A stretch of DNA of 64,000 nucleotides from a bacterium (GTDB taxonomy: Bacteria; Actinomycetota; CALGFH01): positions 5,823-69,822 of the forward strand of contig JBKPDO010000010.1 of NCBI GenBank assembly GCA_046727955.1. Reading direction: 5' to 3'. Made by a program: the position numbers and the translations under genes. A model generated the notes under the pieces. It had not been told where the DNA came from, made no database searches, and worked only from the letters and a program-made list of their open reading frames with translations. Positions 1 to 10,128 of the stretch are shown here, piece after piece (position 1 is the stretch's first letter; the number at the start of each line of letters is the position of its first letter).

Positions 1-162
1 GGATCGAGAAGATCAAACCGAGCCTAGCATGAGAGTTCTTTTTTGGATCCCACCAGAGCCGAACGATAACGGCTCGAGACCTACGCGTTAGGACATTAGT
101 TGGTTCCCCCTATCCTCGGATGAGATGATCAGCTACAGCTTGTCCGTCTGCCTGATACGGAT

Positions 163-1854
163 ATGAGACCAATGGTGGGTCGCAGGCTCCTGGGCATCCC
201 GCCGAGCCAGGGTGGGAGCAGTCCGCTCTACCTCTACATGACGGCCGTCTCGGTAGCGGGCCTCGTCGTTCTCATCTACGCGGTGGTTCGCGCCGTGCCC
301 GCCACCCACCACGCTTCGGCGGCCTTCTGGCTGCTCGCGGTCCTGGTCCTGGTCCTGCAGGCAACGCCGATCTCGGTGGAGCCGTGGGTGGGCGGCGTCG
401 TCAGCACCTCGTTCCCGTTCGCGCTGGCCATGCTGCTCGGCTGGGGCGCGTACCCGGCGACGGTGGTCAACGGGCTGGGCGCCGCGCTCGGCGCCGCCCG
501 GCTGCGCCAGCCGCCGAGGAAGCTCTGGTTCAACGTCGGCCAGCAAGTCCTCATGATCGCCGCGGCCGGCGCCGTCTACGGCCCGCTCGACGCCGGCCGC
601 CCGTTCGATTTCACCAGCTATCAGCTACTGAGCTTTGCCGTGGCCGGGACGGTGGCGGCGGTCGTCAACACCTCGCTGATCCGCATCGGCTTTGCCCTCG
701 ACCGGCAGCGCCCGGTCACGACCACGCCTCGCAGCCGCTTCGACGCCTGGCTGTACCCGGTCGAGCTGAGCATGGGCCTGGTGGTGCTGCTCGTCGCACA
801 GCACGTCCCGTGGCTGCTGGTGGTGCTCGCGCCGGCCTCGATCATCCCCATCTACGTAGCCGCGCGGGCTGCGCTGGAGGCGCACGCGCGGCGTGCCGAC
901 GCGGAGGCGGCGCGTACCGTGGCCGAGGCCGCGCGCAGCGAGGCGGAGGCCGCCAGGGTCGCGGCCGAGCAGGTGGCCAGCGAGCACGCCCGCCTGATCC
1001 ACGCCAGCAACAGGCTGATCCGGCGCCTTGAGGAGGTCGACCGGCACAAGGACGAGATGCTGGCGGCGGTCACCCACGAGCTGCGCACGCCGGCGTCCAG
1101 CATCCTCGGGGTTGTCCGCACCCTGGGCCAGGCAGGCGACCGTCTCAGCCCCGAGCAGCACCAGCAGTTCCTGGGCCTGGTCCTGGAGCAGGCCGAGCAG
1201 CTCGACGAGCTCATCAGCCAGCTCCTGCTCGCCGCCAAGCTGCAGCAGCCCCAGTTCGTCGCCGACCCGACCACACGCGAGCTGGCGGACCTTGCCGAGC
1301 TGGCCCGCCGGGCGGGGCAGCTCGCCACCCTCACCTACCCGGACCGTCCGGTCGAGGTCGACGCCGACGACCAGCTGCCGGTGCAGGTCGATCGCAAGGT
1401 GGTCGCGCAGATCCTCGGCAACCTAGTCGGCAACGCCGCCACGCACACTCCGCCGGGCACGCCGATCGTGCTGGAGGCGGGACGCCGCGGGAGCCTCGCG
1501 GTGGTCGCGGTCGAGGACCGCGGACCGGGCGTGCCACCCCAGGAGCGTACCCGCGTCTTCGAGCGGTTCACGCAGCTCAACGGCACCGAGACGGCTCACA
1601 AGGGCGGCGTCGGGCTGGGTCTGTATATCGCGCGCCAGCTCGCGCGCGCCCAGGGCGGCGAGGTGCTGGCGGTCGACCCGGTCGCCGAGGGCGGCGCCCG
1701 CTTCGAGCTGCGCCTGCCGGTGCTCGAGGCAGGCGCCGCCGACGAGCCGCCGGCCACCAAGCCGGCCACCAAGCCGGCCACCAAGCCGGCCACCAAGCCG
1801 GCCACCAAGCCGGCGACCGCGGCCAAGCCGCCGGCCGACGCCGCCACGCCCTGA
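163..1854 (+). CDS. Sensor histidine kinase: polytopic N-terminal membrane domain, HisKA H-box (VTHELRTPASSILG), HATPase_c (GLGLYIARQLARAQGGEV); C-terminal (PATK)n basic repeat tail. Alternative start at M26 (238).
   Basis: ORF track translation. H-box and G-box motifs are visible. Hydrophobic N-terminal segments. No response regulator adjacent. Confidence 0.8.
   Translation: MRPMVGRRLLGIPPSQGGSSPLYLYMTAVSVAGLVVLIYAVVRAVPATHHASAAFWLLAVLVLVLQATPISVEPWVGGVVSTSFPFALAMLLGWGAYPATVVNGLGAALGAARLRQPPRKLWFNVGQQVLMIAAAGAVYGPLDAGRPFDFTSYQLLSFAVAGTVAAVVNTSLIRIGFALDRQRPVTTTPRSRFDAWLYPVELSMGLVVLLVAQHVPWLLVVLAPASIIPIYVAARAALEAHARRADAEAARTVAEAARSEAEAARVAAEQVASEHARLIHASNRLIRRLEEVDRHKDEMLAAVTHELRTPASSILGVVRTLGQAGDRLSPEQHQQFLGLVLEQAEQLDELISQLLLAAKLQQPQFVADPTTRELADLAELARRAGQLATLTYPDRPVEVDADDQLPVQVDRKVVAQILGNLVGNAATHTPPGTPIVLEAGRRGSLAVVAVEDRGPGVPPQERTRVFERFTQLNGTETAHKGGVGLGLYIARQLARAQGGEVLAVDPVAEGGARFELRLPVLEAGAADEPPATKPATKPATKPATKPATKPATAAKPPADAATP
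1750..1830 (+). repeat. 12-bp tandem repeat (ccggccaccaag) x ~6.5, encoding PATKPATKPATK at the C-terminus of the histidine kinase
   Basis: Direct reading of sequence 1741-1830 and of the ORF translation. Confidence 0.8.
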
Positions 1855-1898
1855 TCAGCTATGCCGCCTGAAGGACCGGGGACTAACGCTCGGCTGTG

Positions 1899-2744
1899 CT
1901 ACTCACCCCCGAGGGTGGAGGGGCCTCGCTCTTGAGTCCCCCGGACCCCCTCGGTGCGGGGAGCCTCGCCGGCGGGGCGCCGGCGTTCTCGCGCCAGCCG
2001 GCGGTGACGCTGGAGGGTGCGCAGGGTGCCGAGGCCGTAGACCACCGACCGGCGGAAGTTCACCGAGCTCGCCTCGGTGAAATAGCGCGTCGGCACGGGG
2101 ATCTCGCCGATGCGGAAGCCGGCCAGCACGACCTGGGAGACCAGCTCCTGGTCGAAGACGAAGTCGTTGGAGTTGGCGTGGTAGTCGATCGCCTCGAGCA
2201 GCTTGCGGGAGTATGCCCGGTAGCCGGAGTGGTACTCGGACAGGTCGAGCCCGAAGGCGCGGTTCTCCAGCACCGTGAGGAAGCGGTTGGCCACGAACTT
2301 CCAGCGCGGCATGCCGCCGGCCAGCGGGTCGCCGAGCAGCCGGCTGCCGAGCATCATGTCCGCCCTGCCCTCGACGATCGGGGCGATCAGGTCGGGGATG
2401 CGGGTGGCGTCGTACTGGTAGTCCGGGTGGAGCATGACCACCACGTCGGCTCCCTCGGCCAGGGCGGTGTCGTAGCAGGTCTTCTGGTTGCCGCCGTAGC
2501 CGAGGTTCTGGCGGTGAACGACCACCTGGAGGTCGAGGAGCTCGGCGACCGCGACGGTGTCGTCCCGCGACAGGTCGTCGACCAGGATCACGTGGTCGAC
2601 CACTTCGGAGGGGATCTCGCGGTAGGTGCGGACCAGCGTGCGCGCCGCGTTGTAGGCGGGCATTACCACGATGACCTTGGGTCGCTGCGATGGTGGCTGC
2701 ATGAATTCGGCCTGTCCTACGGGGCTCGGTCCGGCTGTGGGCAT
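1899..2744 (-). CDS. Family 2 glycosyltransferase, soluble polyprenyl-phosphate sugar synthase-like (DPM1/Ppm1-like catalytic domain, no C-terminal TM)
   Basis: N-terminal VIVVMPAYNAARTL..VILVDDLSRDDT (GT-A fold DxD region). About 280 aa. Confidence 0.75.
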   Translation of the reverse strand: MPTAGPSPVGQAEFMQPPSQRPKVIVVMPAYNAARTLVRTYREIPSEVVDHVILVDDLSRDDTVAVAELLDLQVVVHRQNLGYGGNQKTCYDTALAEGADVVVMLHPDYQYDATRIPDLIAPIVEGRADMMLGSRLLGDPLAGGMPRWKFVANRFLTVLENRAFGLDLSEYHSGYRAYSRKLLEAIDYHANSNDFVFDQELVSQVVLAGFRIGEIPVPTRYFTEASSVNFRRSVVYGLGTLRTLQRHRRLARERRRPAGEAPRTEGVRGTQERGPSTLGGE

Positions 2745-2815
2745 TGCGACGACGAACGCCCCGGATAGTAGTCAATCAAACCCGTACCGGGCGAGATCGG
2801 CTAGTGGCGCAGGCC

Positions 2816-4354
2816 CTAGCCGGGCGCGACGCGCAGGAGGTAGAGGCCCCGTACCGGGTCGACGAGCAGCGGCGCGACCTGGAGGCGGCCGATCCGCTTG
2901 GGAATGGTCGTCGACAGCGGCGCGAAGCGGGGCTCAGAGGGGAACTCGTTCCGGTCGTAGAAGACCGCCACCGTCCCGGAGAGGGCACCGTCCAGCGGCT
3001 GATGGAGCGTGCTCAGGAACAGATCGCGCGCCCGACCGAGCGGGAGCCCCAGCTCCAGCGCTATCCGCGGGCGCTGCATGATGGGGACGGCCACCACTGT
3101 CCCGGGCGCCGCGACGAGCGGTCGGAGCGCGCGGACCGCGATCGCCGTGTCTCGGCTGAGGTCGGCGCCGGGGTCCAGGGTCGAGCGAACCAACTGCTGG
3201 TTGGTCAGCGCCAGCGGCCAGGCGGCGGCGGCGGTGATGCCGCCGGCGAGCAACCCGCCGAGCAGCGCGCCGAGGACCGTGCGCCACCTGCCGCCGCCAA
3301 GAGCGCGCAGCGCGAGCGGCACGGCAGCGGCGGCGAGCCATGCGGCGCCCAGAGCGGCGAGGACCCGCATGCCCGCGTCGGGCGGGTCGTAGTAGCGGAA
3401 GGAGATGTACGTGCCCCGCCAGGCCTCCACGCCGAGAAAAGCGAGCACACCGACGACGACCACGCCCACGCCGGTCAGCCACAGCCAGGCCCGCCGCCTG
3501 ACGAGCCCGACCACGCCGAGCAAGGCCAGGGCGGACAGCAGCGGGGTGGCCCAATAGCGCTGGGCGACCCGGCCCGTCCATTCGAGCGGCGCGACCGCGT
3601 GGCGACCGCTGAGCAGGTCCGTGTAGCGCTCGGGAACCTCGAGCGAGTGCAGCGCGTCGCCGGTGAGCGCCAAGTCGTGGCCCAGCCACAGCAGCGGCGC
3701 GGCCAGGGGCACGAGCAGCAGCAGGGCGCGCCGCTCGCCGCGCCGCCAGGCGACCAGACCGAGCAGGACAGCGGGAGGCAGCAGCAGCAAGCTCTCGGCC
3801 CGGGTGAGGCTGGCCAGCAGCAGCGCGGCCGCGGCCACCCCCCAGCGCCGCTGTGGCCGCGCCAGCGAATCGAGCGCCACTGCCCAGCCCGCCAGCGCCC
3901 AGATCGACGAGTTGCCCCGGCCCACCTGACTGATCAGTGGGGCCGACCCGGCCAGCGCCAGCACGACCGCCACAGCGGCGGGGGGCCCCGCCAAGCGCCC
4001 GGCCGCACGGGCCAAAGCGGTCACAGCCAAGGCGAAGACCGCCACGGTAAGGACGCTGATGGTGCGCCAGTCGTGGGTGAGCGTCCAGGCCAGGCCATCG
4101 ACCAGGGTGAGCAGCGGCTTGGGGGTCGACAGCAGGAACTCCTCCAGGCGCCGGCCATGGATCAGGCGGTCGAAATACAGCGCTGAGGCGTACTCGTCTG
4201 GATCGAGCGTCGGCGGCCCCGGCAGCCGCACCAGCAGCGCGGTCGCCCCCGCGACCGCCGACCACAACGCCAGCCACGGCCAGGACGCCACGCGGGGAGC
4301 CCTGACGGGCGCCGGCGCGTGGACAGGGCCGTCAGCAGTCACCACCGCCACCGG
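2816..4354 (-). CDS. Polytopic GT-C superfamily glycosyltransferase (GT39/GT83-like; PMT/ArnT-type). Start uncertain (ORF runs to 4801).
   Basis: Many TM helices. First-loop DE motif (PPTLDPDEYASALYFDR). GTG start at 4354 is chosen because an AAGGAGG RBS sits about 10 nt upstream. Confidence 0.6.
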   Translation of the reverse strand, partial: PVAVVTADGPVHAPAPVRAPRVASWPWLALWSAVAGATALLVRLPGPPTLDPDEYASALYFDRLIHGRRLEEFLLSTPKPLLTLVDGLAWTLTHDWRTISVLTVAVFALAVTALARAAGRLAGPPAAVAVVLALAGSAPLISQVGRGNSSIWALAGWAVALDSLARPQRRWGVAAAALLLASLTRAESLLLLPPAVLLGLVAWRRGERRALLLLVPLAAPLLWLGHDLALTGDALHSLEVPERYTDLLSGRHAVAPLEWTGRVAQRYWATPLLSALALLGVVGLVRRRAWLWLTGVGVVVVGVLAFLGVEAWRGTYISFRYYDPPDAGMRVLAALGAAWLAAAAVPLALRALGGGRWRTVLGALLGGLLAGGITAAAAWPLALTNQQLVRSTLDPGADLSRDTAIAVRALRPLVAAPGTVVAVPIMQRPRIALELGLPLGRARDLFLSTLHQPLDGALSGTVAVFYDRNEFPSEPRFAPLSTTIPKRIGRLQVAPLLVDPVRGLYLLRVAPG

Positions 4355-4452
4355 GTCCACCACCTCCTTCAGCGCGACTGCATCGTACCGTTGCCGCTCC
4401 GCCAGGATGCGATAGATTGCCGTGGCCGCGCTCCGGCGGCGATGGTGAGGTG

Positions 4453-5250
4453 ATGGTGACCGAATTCGACGCCAAGCAGTATTGGGAGACCCGTCTGGCG
4501 GCCAATCCTGGACTTCGCGGTGTCGGCTTCGTGCGGCTTGGACGCCAATACAACGACTGGCTGTACCGGGTGCGGCGCCAGGTCTTCCCGCGCCGCCTGC
4601 GGGCGCTCGACACCCGCATGGACGGCCTGGACGTGCTCGACATCGGCTCCGGCACAGGGTTCTACCTAGACCGCTGGCGCGAGCTGGGGGTCCGCTCGGT
4701 GGTGGGGACGGATCTCGCCGAAGTCGCCGTCCAGGCGCTGCGCCGCAGCCACCCTGGCACCGAGGTCTATCAGGTCGACATCGGCGGTGATCTCGGGCCA
4801 CTGAGCGGCCGCACGTTCGGCATCGTCTCGGCCTTCGACGTCCTGTTCCACATCGTGGAGGACGATCGCTTCGAGGCAGCGATCAAGCACGTCCGCTCGC
4901 TGCTCGAGCCAGGTGGCCTCTTCGTGTGGTCGGACAACTTCGTTCATCAGCAGACGGTGCGGATCCCCCATCAGTCGAGCCGCTCGCTGGACTTCATCGA
5001 GCGGACGCTCGCCTCGTCAGGGTTCGAGGTGGTCGAGCGACGACCGATGTTCGTGCTGATGAACGGCCCGGCCGACACCCGCAGTCCCCTGCTCAAGGGC
5101 TGGTGGCTGGCACTGCGCGGCGCCGTCTCGCTCGGAGAGCCGGTGGGCTGGACGCTTGGCGCCCTGCTCTATCCGCTCGAGCTGCTGCTCACCCGCCTCC
5201 TGAAGGAGAGCCCAAGCACTGAATTGATGATCTGCCGCGCGGTCGACTGA
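4453..5250 (+). CDS. Class I SAM-dependent methyltransferase
   Basis: Motif I VLDIGSGTGFY. RBS GGTGAGG before ATG at 4453. Divergent from the GT-C gene. Confidence 0.75.
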   Translation: MVTEFDAKQYWETRLAANPGLRGVGFVRLGRQYNDWLYRVRRQVFPRRLRALDTRMDGLDVLDIGSGTGFYLDRWRELGVRSVVGTDLAEVAVQALRRSHPGTEVYQVDIGGDLGPLSGRTFGIVSAFDVLFHIVEDDRFEAAIKHVRSLLEPGGLFVWSDNFVHQQTVRIPHQSSRSLDFIERTLASSGFEVVERRPMFVLMNGPADTRSPLLKGWWLALRGAVSLGEPVGWTLGALLYPLELLLTRLLKESPSTELMICRAVD

Positions 5251-5293
5251 CCCTGTCCGTCTGCCGACAAAGCGTCACGCTGGCATTGGCCAC

Positions 5294-5791
5294 TCAGGGC
5301 ACACCGCGACCGCGGCGGATCGCCTCGGTCCGGGCCAGCCGATGCTCGCGCCGGATCTTCGCCTCGGCCTGGCGGCGGCGCTCCTGCTCGGTCTCGGGCT
5401 GCAGCGGCGCCACCGGCCGCGGCCGTCCACCCTGGTCGAGCGCGACGAACACCAGGTAGGCCGAGGAGGTGTGGGTGCGCTGCCCGGTCACCAGGTCCTC
5501 CGCCTCGACCCTCACCCCGACCTCCATGGAGGTGCGGCCCACGTCGTTCACGCAGGCGTGCACGAACACCACGTTGCCCACGTGGACAGGGTGCAGGAAG
5601 CTCATCTCGTCGAGCGAGACCGTGACCGTTAGCCCGCCGGCGTGGCGGCCGGCGGCGATGCCCGCCGCGCTGTCGATCAGCTTCATGATCTCGCCGCCGT
5701 GGACGTTGCCCGCGAGGTTCGCGTGCACGAGCTCCATGAGCTGCGACAGCGTCACCGCCGACTCCCGCGGCGCCTTGGGCTCGAGGCTCAT
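5294..5791 (-). CDS. Acyl-CoA thioesterase (hotdog fold, YciA-like)
   Basis: About 165 aa with a hotdog-like core. Sits immediately downstream of the acyl-CoA dehydrogenase, with stop/start adjacent. Confidence 0.6.
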   Translation of the reverse strand: MSLEPKAPRESAVTLSQLMELVHANLAGNVHGGEIMKLIDSAAGIAAGRHAGGLTVTVSLDEMSFLHPVHVGNVVFVHACVNDVGRTSMEVGVRVEAEDLVTGQRTHTSSAYLVFVALDQGGRPRPVAPLQPETEQERRRQAEAKIRREHRLARTEAIRRGRGVP

Positions 5792-5792
5792 G

Positions 5793-6959
5793 CTAGATGC
5801 GACCGCGGTCCCGGTGCTGGCGCAGGCGGCGAGCCATCACGACCCTGAGGATCTGGTTCGTCCCCTCATAGATCTGGGTGACTTTCGCGTCCCTCATCAT
5901 GCGCTCGACAGGAAATTCCTTGACGTAGCCGTAGCCGCCGAGGAGCTGTACCGCGTCGGCGGTCACGCGCATGGCGGTGTCGCTAGCGAGGCACTTGGCG
6001 GCCGCCGCGAAGAAGGTGAGGTCATCGTCATCGCGGTCGGCCCTCGCGGCGGCGCCGTAGACCATGGCGCGCGCCGCCTCCACCGACATCGCCATGTCCG
6101 CGAGCATGAACTGGATGCCCTGGAAGTCCGCGATGGCCGTGTGGAACTGCTGCCGCTCCTCGACGTAGCCGAGGCTGTAATCGAGCGCGCCCTGGGCGAT
6201 GCCGACGGCTTGCGCCCCGATGGTGACGCGGCTGTGGTCCAGCGCCCGCAGGGCCAGCGGGAAGCCCTGGCCCTGTTCGCCGAGCCGGTTGGCGGCGGGC
6301 ACGCGCACGTCCTGGCAGATGATCTCGGTGGTGGGCGAGCCGCGGACGCCCAGCTTGTCCTCGTGCTTGCCGACCTGAAAGCCGGGCATGGAGTCCTCGA
6401 GCACGAAGGCGGAGATGCCCTTGGAGCCGGCCTGGGGGTCGGTCACGGCGTAGTAGACGTAGAGCTTGCTCACCCCGCCGCCGGTGATGAACCGCTTTGT
6501 GCCGTTGAGCACGTAGTCGTCGCCGTCGCGCACGGCCCGGGAGCGCATGGCCGCCGCGTCCGACCCGGAGCCGGGCTCTGTCAGGCAGTAGGACGCCAGC
6601 GCGCTTCCGTCGGCGATCGGGGGCAGGAAGCGGCCCCGCTGCTCCTGGTCGCCGACGAACAGGACCGGCAGGGTGGCGAGCTTGTTGACGGCGGGAACCA
6701 GCGAGGTGCTGGCGCAGACCCTGGCGAGCTCCTCGATCAGCACGCAGTGGGTGACCGAGTCGGCCCCACCACCGCCGTGCTCCTCGGGGATGTTGAGCCC
6801 CAGCAGGCCGGCGGACTTCAGCACCTCGACGTTGTCCCAGGGGAACTCCCCGGTCCGGTCGATCTCGGCCGCCCGCTCGGTGAACTTGTCCTCGAACAGC
6901 CGCCGCCACTCCCTGCGGAACAGCTGCTGGTCCTCGGTGAGCGTGAACGCCTCGGTCAT
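5793..6959 (-). CDS. Acyl-CoA dehydrogenase (388 aa). The ORF-track extension to 8162 is an artefact antisense to the GT2 gene.
   Basis: MTEAFTLTEDQQLF..CLTEPGSGSDAAAM..GGYGYVKEFPVERMMRDAKVTQIYEGT are ACAD signatures. Internal ATG located by frame arithmetic. Confidence 0.85.
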   Translation of the reverse strand: MTEAFTLTEDQQLFRREWRRLFEDKFTERAAEIDRTGEFPWDNVEVLKSAGLLGLNIPEEHGGGGADSVTHCVLIEELARVCASTSLVPAVNKLATLPVLFVGDQEQRGRFLPPIADGSALASYCLTEPGSGSDAAAMRSRAVRDGDDYVLNGTKRFITGGGVSKLYVYYAVTDPQAGSKGISAFVLEDSMPGFQVGKHEDKLGVRGSPTTEIICQDVRVPAANRLGEQGQGFPLALRALDHSRVTIGAQAVGIAQGALDYSLGYVEERQQFHTAIADFQGIQFMLADMAMSVEAARAMVYGAAARADRDDDDLTFFAAAAKCLASDTAMRVTADAVQLLGGYGYVKEFPVERMMRDAKVTQIYEGTNQILRVVMARRLRQHRDRGRI

Positions 6960-7148
6960 GGTGCCAACCTCCTCGAGCGGCGCCAACCGCGATCGTACAG
7001 GGCTTCCGTACCCTTCCGTAGAATGAAGCGCGTCCGGAACAGCGACAATGGCGAGGCCTTTCGACACCTGCGGACAGCGCCGCTCGGCCAGGGGAACCGG
7101 GCGGCCGGGGCGTTTGGATCGTGACCGACGACCTGGGATCATGCGCCT

Positions 7149-8090
7149 ATGACTGATCAGGACGGGCAACTGGTCTCCGTGGTCGTGCCCGCGCACAACG
7201 AGGAGACCACCGTCGGCGTGTTCGTGGAGCGGACCGCCAAGGCGTTCGCGCAGCTCGGCCGGCCCTGGGAGCTGCTGTACGTCGACGACGGCTCCACCGA
7301 CGGCACCGCCGCGGCGGTCGAGACGGCCGCGACCTCCGAGCCTCGCGTCCGCATGGTCCGCCAGCGCCGCAACCTCGGCCTCACCGAGGCCCTCAACCGC
7401 GGCTTCCGCGAGGCGCGGGGGGAAGTGATCGTGTTCCTGCCGGCGGACCTCGAGTCCGACCCGCAGGTCGACATCCCGCTCCTGCTGGGCAAGCTGGACG
7501 AGGGCTACGACGTGGTGGCCGGCTGGCGGCAGGGCCGGCGCGACGGCAAGCGCTTCGCCAGCCGCCTCGCCAATTTCACCTGCCGCGTGATGTTCGGGCT
7601 CGACGTGCACGACATGAACTGGATCAAGGCGTTCCGGCGCGAGGTCACCGACGCCCTGGCGCTGCGCTCGTCCTGGCACCGCTACATCCTGGTCATGGCG
7701 CAGAACGAGGGCTTCCGGATCGGCGAGGTCAAGGTCCCCTACAAGGCGCGCGCGGTGGGGCGGTCCAAGTTCGGCTTCTCGCGGCTGCCGGTATCGTTCA
7801 TAGACGTGGTCACGCTCAAGTTCCTGCTCACCTTCCAGCGCAAGCCGATCCTTTTCTTCGGCGCGCTCGGCGCGGGCATGATCGGCGCCGGCGTGCTGCT
7901 GTGGATCTACCTGCTGTGGTCGTTCCTGGCCTCGCACACGCAGTACCGCCCGCTGATGCTGGTCGCCGGCATCGCCATGCTGGCGGGGCTGCTGGTCGTC
8001 CTGGTCGGCTTCCTGGGCGAGCTGGTGGTCAACGTCTCCGAGCGGGTCGACCGTCTGGAACGGCGACTCACCGACGAGCGGGAGCGTTGA
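7149..8090 (+). CDS. Family 2 glycosyltransferase with two C-terminal TM helices (GtrB/ArnC/DPM1-like polyprenyl-phosphate hexose synthase)
   Basis: LVSVVVPAHNEE..LLYVDDGSTDGT, with a C-terminal hydrophobic pair (ILFFGALGAGMIGAGVLLWIYLL..). Confidence 0.8.
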   Translation: MTDQDGQLVSVVVPAHNEETTVGVFVERTAKAFAQLGRPWELLYVDDGSTDGTAAAVETAATSEPRVRMVRQRRNLGLTEALNRGFREARGEVIVFLPADLESDPQVDIPLLLGKLDEGYDVVAGWRQGRRDGKRFASRLANFTCRVMFGLDVHDMNWIKAFRREVTDALALRSSWHRYILVMAQNEGFRIGEVKVPYKARAVGRSKFGFSRLPVSFIDVVTLKFLLTFQRKPILFFGALGAGMIGAGVLLWIYLLWSFLASHTQYRPLMLVAGIAMLAGLLVVLVGFLGELVVNVSERVDRLERRLTDERER

Positions 8091-8191
8091 GCGCGACCCA
8101 GGCAACGCAGACCGGCTCCTCCTCTTCCCGACCGGCGGGCGTGGTGGCGGGCCCCTCACCACTGAGGCGCCGGTCGCGGAGCTGGATCGCG

Positions 8192-9934
8192 ATGGCGCTC
8201 GCGACGCTGGTTGCCTGGGCGGCGCTCAGCTGGCCGCTGGCCATCCATTTCGACCACGTCTGGACGATGAAGGGCAACCGCTCGGCCGCCCAGGAGCCGA
8301 ACTTCACCGCCAGGCCAGGCGCCCTGGCCGGTGGCGACTCGCTGCAGAACGTCTTCATCGAGTCCGTGGTGGTCGACAACCTCCGCGAGCTGCGCAACCC
8401 TTTCCTCGACCTGCGCGAGGGCACGGCCGGACCGGCGCCGCTGCGCACCACCTCGCTGGACCTGCCGTGGACACTGCTGTTCGCGCTGGTCTGGCCGCTG
8501 GCCGGTCTGGTCCCCGCCTACAACGCGACGCTGCTGCTGTCCACCCTGCTCACCGGGCTGGTGACCTTCGGCTGGCTGCGGCGCCACGCCCGCTGGCCAC
8601 CGCTCGCCGCGGCGGGCGCGCTCGCCTACACCTTCACGCCGAACCACCTGTTCCAGCTCACCAGCCACTACAACGCGGTCATGTGGTGGGCGTTCCCGGC
8701 GGCGGTGTGGGCCTTCGAGGCCGCCGTCGAGCGCCACCGCGCGGGCGCGCGCTGGCGCGGCCCGGCGCTCGCGCTGACCGCGGTGGTCCTGCTGGTCGGC
8801 CTCTCCGGCGAGTACCACCTCGCCCTATACCTCGCGGGCCTGCTGGTCTTCCTGGCGGCCTGGTCGCTCGGCGGCGCGAGGCTGGCGCGCCGGCCACTGC
8901 CGTGGGGCCCGGCGCTCACCGCCGTCGCCGCGGTCGCGGTGTCCACCGGTTACGTGCTGGCCACCTTCCACTACGTCTTCAAGGGCACGGTCGCCGGCGA
9001 GAACGGGACCTGGAGCCAGGTCGTGCTGTACGCGCCGTCGTCGGTGTGGGCGCTGGTGCGCAAGAGCTTCGGCACCCAGGGCGAGGGGCTGATCTACGTC
9101 GGCTGGCCGCTGCTGCTGCTGGCCGCCGCTGGCCTGGTGGTGGCGCTGGCGGTCGCCAAGCAGCGCGAGCGCACGCTGGCCTATGCCGTGCTGGTCGTGC
9201 CGCTGCTCGCGCTCACCTACGGCCCGAGGGCGGACGTCGGGTCATTCCGGCCCTACCGGTTCCTCTTCGACCACCTGCCGTTCCTGTCGCTGCAGCGTGT
9301 GCCGGAGCGGCTCATGGTCGTGACCGCGATGGTGCTGGTCCTGCTGGCCGTGGTGGCGGTCGACACCGGCGCGGAGGCGGTGCTCCGCTGGGCGGTGCTC
9401 GGCCGGGCGGTGCTCCGCTGGGCGGTGCTCGGCCGGGCGGTGGCGAGACGGCTTGGCGTGGTCGCGCTGCTGCTGGCGACCGTACTGCTGCTGGTGGACT
9501 ATCGCATCTCCGAGAGCCGGCTGCAGCCGGACCTGACGGGCAACCAGGTGGTGGCGACGCTGCGGGACGCGGGCGAGCGGGCCGGCCCGATCCTCGGCAT
9601 CCCCGTGCTGGGGCCTGGGGTGACCTGGAACTCGGCCACCACCTACCTGGCCGCGCAGAGCCGCCGGCGCTCGCTCAACGCCTACAACCAGACGCCGGCG
9701 CCCTGGCTGAACGAGCGGCTCCAGCGCCTGGACCCGCTCAACCGCGGCACCGCCGGCCCGGCCGCCCTCGACCTGCTCGCCGCCACCGGCACCAGGCAGG
9801 TGGTGGTCATCGACGAGCCGCGCGTCTTCGCCCCCGGCCAGTGGCAGGCGACCGTGGACGCGCTGCTCGCCTCCGGCCACTTCCGCCTGGTCGCCCGCGA
9901 CCCGCCACTCGCCCTGCTCGAGCGCACAGGCTGA
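8192..9934 (+). CDS. Large polytopic membrane protein, putative lipid-linked-sugar-dependent glycosyltransferase (GtrC/GT-C-like). ATG at 8192; the ORF track starts at 7901, overlapping the GT2 gene.
   Basis: More than 10 predicted TM segments. Immediately downstream of the GtrB-like GT2. No recognisable catalytic motif, so the function is inferred from context. Confidence 0.5.
   Translation: MALATLVAWAALSWPLAIHFDHVWTMKGNRSAAQEPNFTARPGALAGGDSLQNVFIESVVVDNLRELRNPFLDLREGTAGPAPLRTTSLDLPWTLLFALVWPLAGLVPAYNATLLLSTLLTGLVTFGWLRRHARWPPLAAAGALAYTFTPNHLFQLTSHYNAVMWWAFPAAVWAFEAAVERHRAGARWRGPALALTAVVLLVGLSGEYHLALYLAGLLVFLAAWSLGGARLARRPLPWGPALTAVAAVAVSTGYVLATFHYVFKGTVAGENGTWSQVVLYAPSSVWALVRKSFGTQGEGLIYVGWPLLLLAAAGLVVALAVAKQRERTLAYAVLVVPLLALTYGPRADVGSFRPYRFLFDHLPFLSLQRVPERLMVVTAMVLVLLAVVAVDTGAEAVLRWAVLGRAVLRWAVLGRAVARRLGVVALLLATVLLLVDYRISESRLQPDLTGNQVVATLRDAGERAGPILGIPVLGPGVTWNSATTYLAAQSRRRSLNAYNQTPAPWLNERLQRLDPLNRGTAGPAALDLLAATGTRQVVVIDEPRVFAPGQWQATVDALLASGHFRLVARDPPLALLERTG
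9378..9437 (+). repeat. 30-bp direct repeat x2 inside the CDS (encodes AVLRWAVLGR AVLRWAVLGR)
   Basis: Sequence 9371-9440 read directly. Confidence 0.6.
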
Positions 9935-10128
9935 TCCGCGCTCATCTCCGAGGGCCGTCGTGGGGTGCGGCGCGGCACCACCGGCACGGCGAGAGTGCCA
10001 ACAGAGCGCCGGTCAAGCAGGCGGCGCAGCGTGCAGCGCCAGACCATACGTGCAGCTCCTGGCCCTGCGCACCGCCCCCGGTGGCCACCCGATCACCTCA
10101 AACCGGCTACTTGACCGGCGCTCTACCG

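Noticed and set aside
2744-4277. Several 400-480-aa ORFs on both strands (2744-4186 plus strand, 2934-4277 minus strand, 3009-3392 and others)
   Set aside because: Alternative frames or antisense reads of the GT-C membrane protein gene. Their composition is dominated by Arg/Gly/Ala/Pro runs typical of high-GC non-coding frames.
5793-8162. 789-aa minus-strand ORF
   Set aside because: Only the C-terminal 388 aa (acyl-CoA dehydrogenase, ATG at 6959) are credible. The N-terminal 401 aa are low-complexity and antisense to the GT2 gene at 7149-8090.
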